Of a stretch of DNA of 64,000 nt, positions 9,211-18,100 are shown in pieces. The position numbers and the translations under genes were made by a program. This DNA is from an uncultured Desulfatibacillum sp. (GTDB lineage: Bacteria > Desulfobacterota > Desulfobacteria > Desulfobacterales > SpSt-501). The notes below the pieces were generated by a model. It did no database searches. It had not been told where the DNA came from and saw only the letters and a program-made list of their open reading frames with translations. Position 1 is the stretch's first letter. Each line of letters opens with the position of its first letter. The stretch is from contig CAZNKG010000005.1 in assembly GCA_964573635.1 (NCBI GenBank), forward strand, positions 29,759 through 93,758, written 5' to 3'.

Positions 9211-9912
9211 TCAATCCCGGGCGGCGAGCTTGTAGCCCTCGCCGCGCACGGTGAGGATGAGGTTGAAGCCGCCGGCGAGCTCGGCGATCTTGCGGCGCAG
9301 CTTGAGGATGTGGATGTCCACGGTGCGCGTCTCGATGCCCGCGTCCGCGTAATGCCAGACGTCGGCGAGCAGCTCCTTCTTCGAGACGATCCGGTCCGCG
9401 CGGCGCGCGAGGTAGGCGACGATGTCCATCTCGCGCCGCGTGAGCTCCGTCCGGCGCCCCCCGCATTCGGCGAGAAGGTTCGCCCCGTCGAAGCGGATCC
9501 CGGCGAGGACGACCTGCTGGGCGGCCGCGCTTTTGCCGGCGCGGCGGAGCACCGCCTCGATGCGCACCATCAGCTCGCGCAGCGAGAAGGGCTTGGGCAC
9601 GTAGTCGTCGGCCCCGGCCCGGAAGCCGGCGACGATGTCGTCCTCGGCCCCGCGGGCGGTGATCATGATGACCGGCAGGCCGGGCTTGCGGCGGCGGATC
9701 GCGCCGCAGACCGAAAACCCGTCGGCGGCGGGCAGCATCACGTCGAGCAGGACGAGGTCGAACTGCCCCTGCAGCGCGGCCGCCAGGCCCGCGCCGCCGT
9801 CGGCAGCGCCCTCGGCCCGGTAGCCGTTGAAGACGAGAACGTCGAGAAGCCCCTGCCGCAGCGCGGGGTCGTCCTCGACGACCAGGATGCTGGCCTTGGA
9901 TGCGTTCGTCAT
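9211..9912 (-). CDS. OmpR/PhoB-family response regulator
   Basis: ILVVEDD, LDVMLP, ITAR, DDYVPKPF receiver; winged helix LTRRE...TRTVDIHILKLRRKI...TVRGEGY. Confidence 0.95.
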   Translation of the reverse strand: MTNASKASILVVEDDPALRQGLLDVLVFNGYRAEGAADGGAGLAAALQGQFDLVLLDVMLPAADGFSVCGAIRRRKPGLPVIMITARGAEDDIVAGFRAGADDYVPKPFSLRELMVRIEAVLRRAGKSAAAQQVVLAGIRFDGANLLAECGGRRTELTRREMDIVAYLARRADRIVSKKELLADVWHYADAGIETRTVDIHILKLRRKIAELAGGFNLILTVRGEGYKLAARD

Positions 9913-9960
9913 CGTCCACCGCCGCCTCTGGATCACCATTCTAAGCCAGGCCGGCGCCGG

Positions 9961-10015
9961 TTCAAAGCAAAAGTTTCGCAAAAACCGGCGCCTTCCGTTT
10001 TTGCACTTCTTTGAA
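9961..10015. promoter_or_regulatory. AT-rich imperfect inverted repeat in divergent promoter region
   Basis: TTCAAAG..GCAAAAA-CCGG / CCG-TTTTTGC..CTTTGAA; GCAAAA also repeated directly at 11-bp spacing (9967, 9978). Confidence 0.35.
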
Positions 10016-10121
10016 TTGCCATCCACCGCGTCCTCCCCCACAATGGTAGAAAAGCGGGAAGCCGCATGCAGCAACTCTTTCGCGCCGGAAATCACTTCAA
10101 CCGCCGCACAAGGAGCACGCC

Positions 10122-11531
10122 ATGAAGAAGAATCGTTTGAAGCCGCTCGGGCTGCTCGCCGCCCTGATCGCCGTCACCGCCGCCGCCCTCGGTCTCGAGG
10201 GCCGGGGCGGACCGCGGGCGCTTCCGCCGGAGCCCCCGACCGCGGCCGGAAGCGGCGGGATCGCCCTCTCCGCCCGGCTCGTCCAGCAGGCCGTCCTCAA
10301 GGGCACGGCGGGAAGGGTTTCCCTCGCCCTCACGCTCTCCGCCGATCCCGGCGCCGCGGGCCCCGCCCCGGAAGGCCGCGGGATCGATCTCGTCGTCGTC
10401 CTCGACCGCAGCGGCTCGATGGAGGGGCCGAAGATCGCCTACGCCCGACAGGCCCTTTTGAAGCTTCTCTCCGAGATGGCGCCGCAGGACCGCTTCGCGC
10501 TGCTGACCTATGCGGACGGCGTCGAGACGCCCGTTCCCCTGCTCGCCGCGGAGGGCGCCGACCGCCGCCGGATGCTCGCGGCCGTGGAGGCGGTCCGCGC
10601 CGGCGGCGCCACCAACCTCGGCGCGGGCCTCCAGGCGGGGATCGACCTGCTGGCCGCCGCCGGCAGCGGCGCCCGCCCGGGCCGGATCCTCCTGGTCTCC
10701 GACGGGCTCGCCAACCGCGGGGTCACCGACCCACAGGCCTTGGCGCGGATGGCCTCGGCCGCCGCCGAGCGGACGCTGGCGGTCAGCACCGTGGGCGTGG
10801 GCGCCGACTTCCACGAGCTCCTCATGACCGCGATCGCCGACCGCGGCGCGGGGAGCTACACCTACCTCGAAAACCCTTCGGCGTTCGCGGAGGCCTTCCG
10901 CCGGGAGTTCCTCTTCGCATCCGCCGCGGCGGCCACCGGGATCGTCGTGAGCGTCGACCTGCCCCCGGATGTCGCGCTCCTCGACGCGGCCGGCTACCCG
11001 GTGGCGACCGACGGCCGCCGGGCCTTCTTCCCGGCGGGGGCGATCGGCCGCGGCCAAACCCGGCAGCTCTTTCTCACCTTCCGCGTCCCCACGGACCGGG
11101 AGGCGGAGTTCGCCCTGGGGCGCATCGCGGCAAGCTTCCATGCCGGCGGCCGCCCGGCGGAGGTCCGCCTGGCAACCCCCCTCACCGTGGCCTGCGTCGC
11201 GGATGAAACCCGCGCGCACGCCTCGATCGACCGCGGCCTGTGGGAGAAGAAAGTCCTTATCGAGGACTACAACCGCCTGAAGGAGGAGGTCGCCGCCGAC
11301 ATCCGCTTCGGCCGCCGGGAGCAGGCCCGGAAGCGGGTGACAAGCTACTGCGCGGAGCAGGGGCGGGTGAACGCCTTCATGCACTCCGACATCGTTGCGC
11401 AGAACATCGAAAAAGAGGTGAAGGCCCTCGAGGAACGCGTCGACGAAGCCTTCGCGGCGCCCCCGGCCGCGGCCTCGCCGGCCGCGAAGTCGCTGCAGTT
11501 CGAGGGCTACTCCGGCCGCCGCGGACAATAA
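10122..11531 (+). CDS. Exported/anchored von Willebrand factor A domain protein (YfbK-like)
   Basis: Signal/anchor; MIDAS DRSGSM, TNLGAGL, LLVSDG; GGAG RBS. Confidence 0.88.
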   Translation: MKKNRLKPLGLLAALIAVTAAALGLEGRGGPRALPPEPPTAAGSGGIALSARLVQQAVLKGTAGRVSLALTLSADPGAAGPAPEGRGIDLVVVLDRSGSMEGPKIAYARQALLKLLSEMAPQDRFALLTYADGVETPVPLLAAEGADRRRMLAAVEAVRAGGATNLGAGLQAGIDLLAAAGSGARPGRILLVSDGLANRGVTDPQALARMASAAAERTLAVSTVGVGADFHELLMTAIADRGAGSYTYLENPSAFAEAFRREFLFASAAAATGIVVSVDLPPDVALLDAAGYPVATDGRRAFFPAGAIGRGQTRQLFLTFRVPTDREAEFALGRIAASFHAGGRPAEVRLATPLTVACVADETRAHASIDRGLWEKKVLIEDYNRLKEEVAADIRFGRREQARKRVTSYCAEQGRVNAFMHSDIVAQNIEKEVKALEERVDEAFAAPPAAASPAAKSLQFEGYSGRRGQ

Positions 11532-11555
11532 GGACAACCAACCGGAGAAGCGCCC

Positions 11556-12110
11556 ATGGAGACCATCCTCTTCTCGATCGCCTTCGCCGCATCGGCCGGC
11601 AGCGCCGCCGGCCTCCTGATGCTGATCGCCGGCCCCTGGGTCGGGGCCATGCCGGCCGCCCACGCCGGGGTGCTCCTGTGCCTGGCGGCCTATGCCGGAT
11701 GGTGCGGCGGCCGGTGGGGGCGCGGGGCTTCGGAGATGGCGCCGCTCTTCCTCGTCCTGGGGGCGGCGCTCCCCTTCGCCGGCCCCGCCAAGCTTGCCGC
11801 GGCCGCGCCGGCGGCCGCGGCCCTCGCCTGGCTGCGAAGCGGCCCGGGCCGGCCGGGGACGCCGCTCGGCCGGATGGCGGTCGAGGTGCTCCTCAACGGG
11901 GGCGGGCTCGCCCTCGCGGCGGCCTTCCGCCCGCAGGGCCCCCTCGCCTGGGGGCTCGCCGTCGCGCTTTTCTTCCTGGTCCAGGCGCTTTATCTTCCGC
12001 TCGCGCGGCCGGAGGATTTCGGCGCCCGGCGGCGGCAGGAACTGGCGCGCTTCGCCCGCGCGCACGCGCGCGCCGAGCGCGCCTTCAAACGCCTGGCGGG
12101 CGGACCGTGA
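11556..12110 (+). CDS. Hypothetical integral membrane protein
   Basis: About 5-6 hydrophobic helices; GGAGAAG RBS; directly follows the vWA gene. Confidence 0.72.
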   Translation: METILFSIAFAASAGSAAGLLMLIAGPWVGAMPAAHAGVLLCLAAYAGWCGGRWGRGASEMAPLFLVLGAALPFAGPAKLAAAAPAAAALAWLRSGPGRPGTPLGRMAVEVLLNGGGLALAAAFRPQGPLAWGLAVALFFLVQALYLPLARPEDFGARRRQELARFARAHARAERAFKRLAGGP

Positions 12111-12218
12111 CGGCGGAGGCCGACGAAAGGACTTGCCGGCGGGCGGATAAATGCGATAACGCTGTGCCGAGGCGCCCCCGCCGCCGCCGCGTTGAGCCCG
12201 CGATCCAAGGAGACCGCC

Positions 12219-12914
12219 ATGACGCCCCGTTTCGCTCCTCCCCCGGATGCCGCCCGCAGCGGGAAGCTCGAGCTCGTCCTCAAATGCGACGTCGCCGGAA
12301 CCGAGGAGGCCGTGCGCGCGACGCTCGCGGCGATCGGCCCGGCGGCCGGGGTCGAGGTGCGGGTGGTGCACGCCGGGCTCGGGCCCGTATCGAAGTCCGA
12401 CGTCCTCATGGCCACGACCGCCGGCCGCCTGATCCTCGGCTTCAACGTCGATGTCCAGGGCCAGCTCGAGCCCCATCTCCGCGAGCAGGGGGTCGAGGTA
12501 CGGCTCTACGCGACGATCCACCGCCTCGCCGAGGATGTGCGGCGCATCGCCGCCGAGCTCCTGCCCCCCGAGCCCAAGGAGACCGTCACCGGCCAGGCCC
12601 GCGTCATCGAGCTCTTCAAAAGCAGCCGCAAGGGGGTCATCATCGGCTGCGAGGTGACCGCCGGGCTGATCGAAAAAGGGAAGAGCTTCCGCGTCATCGG
12701 CCCGATGGGCCCGGCCTACACCGGTCGGATCGAGTCCCTGCACATCGCCGGAAGCGAGGTCGACCAAGGCCGGGTCGGCCAGCAGGTCGGCATCAAGATC
12801 CCCGACTGGAAAAAGGCCCGGATCGGGGACCTCGTCGAGTGCTTCGAGCCCCCGCGGCCGGCGGCCGCCGCCCGCTGGCGTCCGCGCGGCGGGGTGTTTC
12901 GATTTCCGCCCTGA
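12219..12914 (+). CDS. Stand-alone translation initiation factor IF-2 C-terminal (domains III+IV) homolog lacking the GTPase domain
   Basis: AAGGAG RBS before ATG 12219; LKCDVAGTEEAV, GLGPVSKSDV, ILGFNV, GCEVTAG, IESL, GDLVECFE parallel the IF2 C-terminal motifs; no P-loop. Confidence 0.8.
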   Translation: MTPRFAPPPDAARSGKLELVLKCDVAGTEEAVRATLAAIGPAAGVEVRVVHAGLGPVSKSDVLMATTAGRLILGFNVDVQGQLEPHLREQGVEVRLYATIHRLAEDVRRIAAELLPPEPKETVTGQARVIELFKSSRKGVIIGCEVTAGLIEKGKSFRVIGPMGPAYTGRIESLHIAGSEVDQGRVGQQVGIKIPDWKKARIGDLVECFEPPRPAAAARWRPRGGVFRFPP

Positions 12915-12930
12915 CAGGAGCCCGCGCACC

Positions 12931-13251
12931 ATGCACATCCGCTTCGTCTACATGACCTTTGCCTCCGCCGAGGAGGCGCGGCGGGTCGGCCGGCAGCTCG
13001 TCGGCGAGCGGCTGGCCGCCTGCGTGAACGTCTTCCCGCAGATGACCTCGATCTACAGCTGGGAGGGGAAGATGGAGGAGAGCGCCGAGGCGGTGGCGAT
13101 CGCCAAGACCACCAAGGCGCGGGTCTCCGCGCTCATCGCGCGGGTCAAAAGCCTGCACGCCTACAGCTGCCCCTGCATCGTGAGCCTTCCGGTCACGCGG
13201 GGATACCGGCCCTTCCTCGAGTGGATCGCGGCCTCGGTCGCCGACGCCTGA
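12931..13251 (+). CDS. cutA: Divalent-cation tolerance protein CutA
   Basis: LAACVN, SIYSWEGK, HAYSCPCI motifs; about 106 aa; AGGAG RBS. Confidence 0.95.
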   Translation: MHIRFVYMTFASAEEARRVGRQLVGERLAACVNVFPQMTSIYSWEGKMEESAEAVAIAKTTKARVSALIARVKSLHAYSCPCIVSLPVTRGYRPFLEWIAASVADA

Positions 13252-13266
13252 GGCGGCCGCCTCCGT

Positions 13267-14409
13267 TCAGGGGCCGAAGCGCACGCGCAGGAATCGCGGC
13301 CGGTAGAGGCGCGCGTCGTTGAGGACGAGGTCGAAATCGGCCGAGTTCGTCGTGTAGGTGACGACGAGGTCCCCGGCCTCGGAGAGCGCCGGGTGGCCCT
13401 TGGCGGCGTAGCAGAAGATCCGCGCATCCCACTCCGCCTCCGGGCAGCGGTAGAGCCAGACCGGCTCGCTCCAGGGCCCCTCGGGAGCGGGGGCGTGGCG
13501 CAGCACGATGTCGGCCGAGAGGCTCCCCCGGGTGTAGACCATGACGAAGCGGCCGAGCGCCGGCTGGAAGGAGACCGAGAACTCGTTCGCCGCGTCCCGG
13601 CAAACGGGCTCCGCCCGGTCGGCCTCCGCGCTCCAGCCCTCCGCCGACCAGAAGCGCCAGCGGCTGAAATCCCCCAGCGCCGCGGCCGGCGCCCGGGCGA
13701 GGATCACGTCTTTCCGCAGCAGGCCCCCGGCGGTCTCATCCACCGTCCCGTAGATGTAGACCTCCCCGTCCGACCGCAGGAGGGCCGAGCCGAAGAGGCG
13801 CTCGGCGCCTCCCCAGGGAAGCTTGCGCTGGGCGACCGTCCAGCTTTCGGGCGGCGCGTGCGGGTTTTCCACGTGGCCGAGCCAGGTCGCGACCAGCCGG
13901 AATCCGAAAGCGAGCGGGTCGTGCGTGCGCTCGATCTGGATCAGGAACAGGAAGAGCCCCGCCTCCGTCAGGATCCCGTGATAGGGCCAGAACCAGCCCA
14001 TCCCGTCCGCGGGCCGGACGAAGGCCGCCGGCCCCCCGTCCTCCCCGCGGCCGTGGAAGAAGGCGACCACGGCGTCCGGCGGCCGCTTGCCTGACTGGAG
14101 GCCGATCGTGTTGTTGACGAGCGTCGCGTTCACGTGCCGGCCGCCGGCCACCTCGCCGATGAAGGTGTCCCCGAAAAGCCAAAGCAGCCGCTCCGGCCCG
14201 AGGGGCGTCGAGAAGACCCCGTCGCCCCCGGTCCATCCCGACCGCCGCTCGAACATGGCCTCGTGGTGCGGGAGCGCCTCGACCGCGATCCGCGAAAGGG
14301 GCGCCGCGCTCTGGCAGGCGGCCGCCGCCAGGGCGAGCAGGCCGAGGAGAAGACGCCCGAAGCGCCCCCGCGGCGCTTTCATCCGGTTAAAGGTCTGCCG
14401 GCGCTCCAT
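13267..14409 (-). CDS. DUF4185/DUF5005-like beta-propeller lipoprotein (putative glycoside hydrolase)
   Basis: Lipobox-like LLALAAAAC; WTGGDG, LWLFGDTF, YIYG, NEFSV, GPWS, YAAKGHP motifs. Start uncertain (ATG 14409 or 14382). Confidence 0.65.
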   Translation of the reverse strand: MERRQTFNRMKAPRGRFGRLLLGLLALAAAACQSAAPLSRIAVEALPHHEAMFERRSGWTGGDGVFSTPLGPERLLWLFGDTFIGEVAGGRHVNATLVNNTIGLQSGKRPPDAVVAFFHGRGEDGGPAAFVRPADGMGWFWPYHGILTEAGLFLFLIQIERTHDPLAFGFRLVATWLGHVENPHAPPESWTVAQRKLPWGGAERLFGSALLRSDGEVYIYGTVDETAGGLLRKDVILARAPAAALGDFSRWRFWSAEGWSAEADRAEPVCRDAANEFSVSFQPALGRFVMVYTRGSLSADIVLRHAPAPEGPWSEPVWLYRCPEAEWDARIFCYAAKGHPALSEAGDLVVTYTTNSADFDLVLNDARLYRPRFLRVRFGP

Positions 14410-14452
14410 GCGGCCGTCGGCCCCTCCTCGGGCTTCCATCCCCCGCGCCGCG

Positions 14453-15862
14453 CTACAGGCGCACATCGCCGTCGTAGAAATGCACCCCGGGCGGGGTCTG
14501 GCTCGGGGTGTAGCCGAACGGCTTGGTGAAGAGCGGGTCGTCGTAGATCGTCTTCAGGTATTCGTCGCGGACGCGCGGGTGGGCGATCGAGGCGATCGCG
14601 AGCGCCTTCGCCCCCACGGAGAGCTCGCGCAGGTCCGCAAAGCCCCACTCGGTCACCACGACGACCCCGTCGTAGGCGCTCGCCGTCAGGTTCACCCCGC
14701 CGGGGTGGCGCATGAGGATCTTGGTCTCCCCCTTGTCGGTCAGGCTGCGCATGGCGATGATGGGGGTGCCGAAGCCCCGGTCGGAGAGCGCCCGGATGAA
14801 GTCGGGCTGCCCCCCCACCCCGCCCCAGTAGCGGCGGGGATCGATGAAGTCCGCCCAGACGTTGCCGAAGAGATCGACCCCGATCGCGGTGTTGACCGAA
14901 ACGAAGGGGGCGTTGCGGCGCACGGTCTCGGCCGCGTTCGTGTAGGCGCAGGGGCGCATCTGGACGCCGGTGCGCATGTGAACGAAGTCGTAGAGCTCGC
15001 GCGAGCCCATGATGAGGCTCGTCGTGCTGTAGCCGTGGTTCGCCTTCTTGCGGCGGTTGGTCACGATGCCCGCCTTCTCGAGCAGCATGAGCCCGTCGCC
15101 GTAGAGCTCGGTCTGGACCCCGAGGTCGCGGGTGCCGGCCGCGCGCAGGGTGCCCACTACGGCGTCGGGGATCTTGCCGATCCCGACCTGGATCGTCGTG
15201 CCGTCGCGGATGAAGTGGCGCGCGATCTGCTCGCCGATGCGCCGCTCCTCGGCCGGAAGGCTGTCGAAGTTCGGCGGGTCGAACGCGTAGACCGGCTGCA
15301 CCCCCTCGACGATCAGGTAGTCGATCGACTGGTGGTCGACGACGCTTTGCCCCTGGGTGAAGGGCATGCTCGGATCGAGCTCGGCGACCACGACGCGGGC
15401 GTTGTCGATCGCGGTGTGCAGGGCCTCGACGGAGAGCCCCAGGCTGAACTCGCCGGTGATGGGGTTGCGGCTCACCTTGAAGAGGGCGACATCGGGCTCG
15501 TAGCGCCGCCCCTTGCCGATCAGACTGTCCAGGTTCGCGAGCGTGCAGGGCAGATAGTAGGCCCGGCCCTCGTTCGCCGCCCGGCGGACCTCCGGGCCCG
15601 AGAAGATCGAATAGGCCATGATGCGGTCCTGGAGGCCGGCCGCCACGTAGGGCACGGGCCCCTGGAGCAGCAGGTGGACCATCTTGATGAACGGCAGCCG
15701 CGGCGCGCGCGCGCGGACCGCCGCGGTAAGGGCCTCGAGCGCGGCGGTCGGCGTCGCCGCGTTCGAACCGACGTAGCAGACGATCTCCTTGCGGTCTGGA
15801 AAGCGCGAGGCGATCACCTCGGGCAGCTCGGCCAGCGTGATGGTTTTCGGCTCCGGGTTCAT
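14453..15862 (-). CDS. Acetyl-CoA hydrolase / family I CoA-transferase (4-hydroxybutyrate CoA-transferase type)
   Basis: TIQVGIGKIP, GVQTE (catalytic Glu), SVNTAIGVDLFG, GVGGQPDF, VVVTEWG; start ATG 15862. Confidence 0.9.
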   Translation of the reverse strand: MNPEPKTITLAELPEVIASRFPDRKEIVCYVGSNAATPTAALEALTAAVRARAPRLPFIKMVHLLLQGPVPYVAAGLQDRIMAYSIFSGPEVRRAANEGRAYYLPCTLANLDSLIGKGRRYEPDVALFKVSRNPITGEFSLGLSVEALHTAIDNARVVVAELDPSMPFTQGQSVVDHQSIDYLIVEGVQPVYAFDPPNFDSLPAEERRIGEQIARHFIRDGTTIQVGIGKIPDAVVGTLRAAGTRDLGVQTELYGDGLMLLEKAGIVTNRRKKANHGYSTTSLIMGSRELYDFVHMRTGVQMRPCAYTNAAETVRRNAPFVSVNTAIGVDLFGNVWADFIDPRRYWGGVGGQPDFIRALSDRGFGTPIIAMRSLTDKGETKILMRHPGGVNLTASAYDGVVVVTEWGFADLRELSVGAKALAIASIAHPRVRDEYLKTIYDDPLFTKPFGYTPSQTPPGVHFYDGDVRL

Positions 15863-16102
15863 GGCGGGTTTCCTATGTTCCTTATCAGTGAAGGCGCGGA
15901 TCGCACCGGAAGGGGCGCACCGGCCCCTCCCCCGGAGGGCATGATAGCGCTTTTCCGCCGGCCGCAGAAGACCTTCTTTTCGGCGCGCCGACGAAAAGGC
16001 CGCACGGCGAAAGGCGCCGCCGTTATCGGCCGCAGCCGGGTGCCGGCCGATTTGACATGCCGGCCGCCGATGGCTACGAATGGGCCTGCGGGAAAAGGGG
16101 CC

Positions 16103-16465
16103 ATGCGCAAAGCGGCGTTCATCTATCTCATCCTTCTGGCGGCCGCCGCGGCCGGCGAGGCCGGAGCCATGCGCTGCGGCTCGCGCCTGATCTCGGAGGG
16201 CGACCCCCGCGAGCGGGTCCTCAGCGAGTGCGGGCCGCCCGCCGACATCCAGTCCTGGGAGGAGGAGCGCTACCACCACTTCGACGCCCCGCCCCCGCCC
16301 ACCCTCTACCGGGAGTACGAGGGCTACGGGAACGCCTACCGCGTCAAGATCATCGTCCGGGTCGAGGTCTGGACCTACAACCACGGGCCGAGCCGCTTCG
16401 TCGACTATGTGCGCATCGAGAACGGCCGGGTCCGCCGGGTCTACAGCGGCGGGTACGGCTGGTGA
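16103..16465 (+). CDS. DUF2845 family exported protein
   Basis: Signal peptide then AMRCGSRLISEGD...CGPP...EVWTYNHGP...IENGRV. Confidence 0.85.
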   Translation: MRKAAFIYLILLAAAAAGEAGAMRCGSRLISEGDPRERVLSECGPPADIQSWEEERYHHFDAPPPPTLYREYEGYGNAYRVKIIVRVEVWTYNHGPSRFVDYVRIENGRVRRVYSGGYGW

Positions 16466-16481
16466 CGCCGCCCGACTCAAA

Positions 16482-16510
16482 TTGACTCCGGCGGCGCGTT
16501 TTGATAGTGT
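16482..16510 (+). promoter_or_regulatory. Sigma-70-type promoter of the pilin cassette
   Basis: TTGACT-N17-TAGTGT about 65 nt upstream of ATG 16575. Confidence 0.5.
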
Positions 16511-16574
16511 CAAGAGCGTGTTCGCCGTCCACCGCGACCCGCGGCCCGCCCGGCCGCCGGAGATGCCGGGAGCG

Positions 16575-17084
16575 ATGCGTCATTCGCCGGGATTCACGCT
16601 GCTCGAGCTCATCGTCGTCCTGATCCTCATGGGGATCGTCGCGGCCTATGTCCTCGGAAGATCGCTCGCGACCGAGGCGATCGATCTCACGGCCCAGGCG
16701 GACCGCATCCGCAACCACCTCCGCTACGCCCAGATCGAGGCCATGAAGCGCTCCGACACCGTCTGGGGGATCAAGTCCACCGGCGGCACCGACGGGCACT
16801 ACTGGCTCTTCCATGGCACGGACCCCGACGCCGGGAAGATCCGCATCCCGGGCGCGAGCTACGCCGACGGGGATGACCGCATCAGCCTGGCCGCGCTCAA
16901 CATCGAGCTCGAGCCCGCCTTCGTCGTTTTTTTCAACCGCGTCGGCCGGCCCTACTCCGCCTTCACCGACTTGGAGGACGACTCCCGGAACACGCGCCTG
17001 GCCGCGGAGCTTGCCATCACCGTGAAGGCCGGGGGGGAGACGCGGGCGATCGGCGTCACCCCCGAGACGGGGCTGGTGCGATGA
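16575..17084 (+). CDS. Minor pilin/pseudopilin (GspH/FimT-like)
   Basis: Class III signal G|FTLLELIVVLILMGIV. Confidence 0.9.
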   Translation: MRHSPGFTLLELIVVLILMGIVAAYVLGRSLATEAIDLTAQADRIRNHLRYAQIEAMKRSDTVWGIKSTGGTDGHYWLFHGTDPDAGKIRIPGASYADGDDRISLAALNIELEPAFVVFFNRVGRPYSAFTDLEDDSRNTRLAAELAITVKAGGETRAIGVTPETGLVR

Positions 17085-17518
17085 GCGGGCCGCTTGCCGG
17101 CGAGCGGGGCTTCACCCTGGTCGAGGCGATCGTCACGATCGTCATCGCCGCGATCATGGGGGTCATCTTCGCCCAGCTCATGGGAACGGCCATGAGCCGC
17201 AGCGTGCAGTCGGTCGAAAACGTGCGCCGGGAGTCGGCGGCCGAGGCGCTCGCCGACCGGATCCTCGCCGACTACCTCGCCGAGATCAACCGGGCCGACC
17301 CCTCCGGCGCGCTCGGCGTCATCAAGGGCCGGGACTACGGGACGGAGGTCGTCAAGCGCTACATCCGGTTCACCGGCGCCGGGGCCGAAGACCCGACGCA
17401 CAACCCCGACACGCCGAGCGACACGCTGAAGGTGACGGTCAAGGCGATCGGCAGCGATCTCACCCTGCTGCTCGCGAACAGCCGCACCGGCGTCGCCTCG
17501 CCGCCGGTGCCGTTTTAA
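17081..17518 (+). CDS. Minor pilin/pseudopilin (GspI/PilV/MshD-like)
   Basis: RG|FTLVEAIVTIVIAAI; ATGA overlap. Confidence 0.9.
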   Translation: MSGPLAGERGFTLVEAIVTIVIAAIMGVIFAQLMGTAMSRSVQSVENVRRESAAEALADRILADYLAEINRADPSGALGVIKGRDYGTEVVKRYIRFTGAGAEDPTHNPDTPSDTLKVTVKAIGSDLTLLLANSRTGVASPPVPF

Positions 17519-17534
17519 CGAAAGGGAGCGCCCG

Positions 17535-18044
17535 TTGGGAAGCCCGCGGGGATTCACGCTGATCGAGCTGGTGGCGACCCTGGTCCTGGTCGGGTTGATC
17601 GGGACCTTCGTGGGGTTCTTCCTGCTCACGGGGGCGAGCGGCTTTCTCACCTCCCGCAGCGCCTCCGAAACCGCGCTCAAGGCCCAGGCGGCCCTCGACC
17701 GCATCGCCCTCGAGCTGCGCCACATCGCGTCGCTGCCGAGCGCCCCCCAGGCGAACACCCGGATCACCTACACGAGCTCCAGCCGCGACCTGCCGGGCAC
17801 CCGGCAGATCCGCTTCAACGCGGCGACCAGCGAAATTTTCCTCGACGTCGACAGCGCCGCGCATCTGCTGCTCGACGGGATCCAGGGCTTCCGGCTCGGC
17901 TGGACCGCCGCCGACCTCGACGCCTCCGGCGACGGCCAGAACGAGATCGCCCGCATCCGGGTCGAGTTCACGGTCCAGGTGATGACGGTACCCTTTGCGG
18001 TCGAAATCTACCCCCGCGGCATGCTGCCGTCCCCGTCCGGGTGA
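17535..18044 (+). CDS. Minor pilin/pseudopilin (GspJ/PilW/MshO-like)
   Basis: TTG start with GGGAG RBS; RG|FTLIELVATLVLVG. Confidence 0.88.
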   Translation: MGSPRGFTLIELVATLVLVGLIGTFVGFFLLTGASGFLTSRSASETALKAQAALDRIALELRHIASLPSAPQANTRITYTSSSRDLPGTRQIRFNAATSEIFLDVDSAAHLLLDGIQGFRLGWTAADLDASGDGQNEIARIRVEFTVQVMTVPFAVEIYPRGMLPSPSG

Positions 18045-18100
18045 TGCCGCGCGGGGTGGGGGCTTCGTCGTTTATCGGGCCATCTTTCAAGGTGTCGTGC

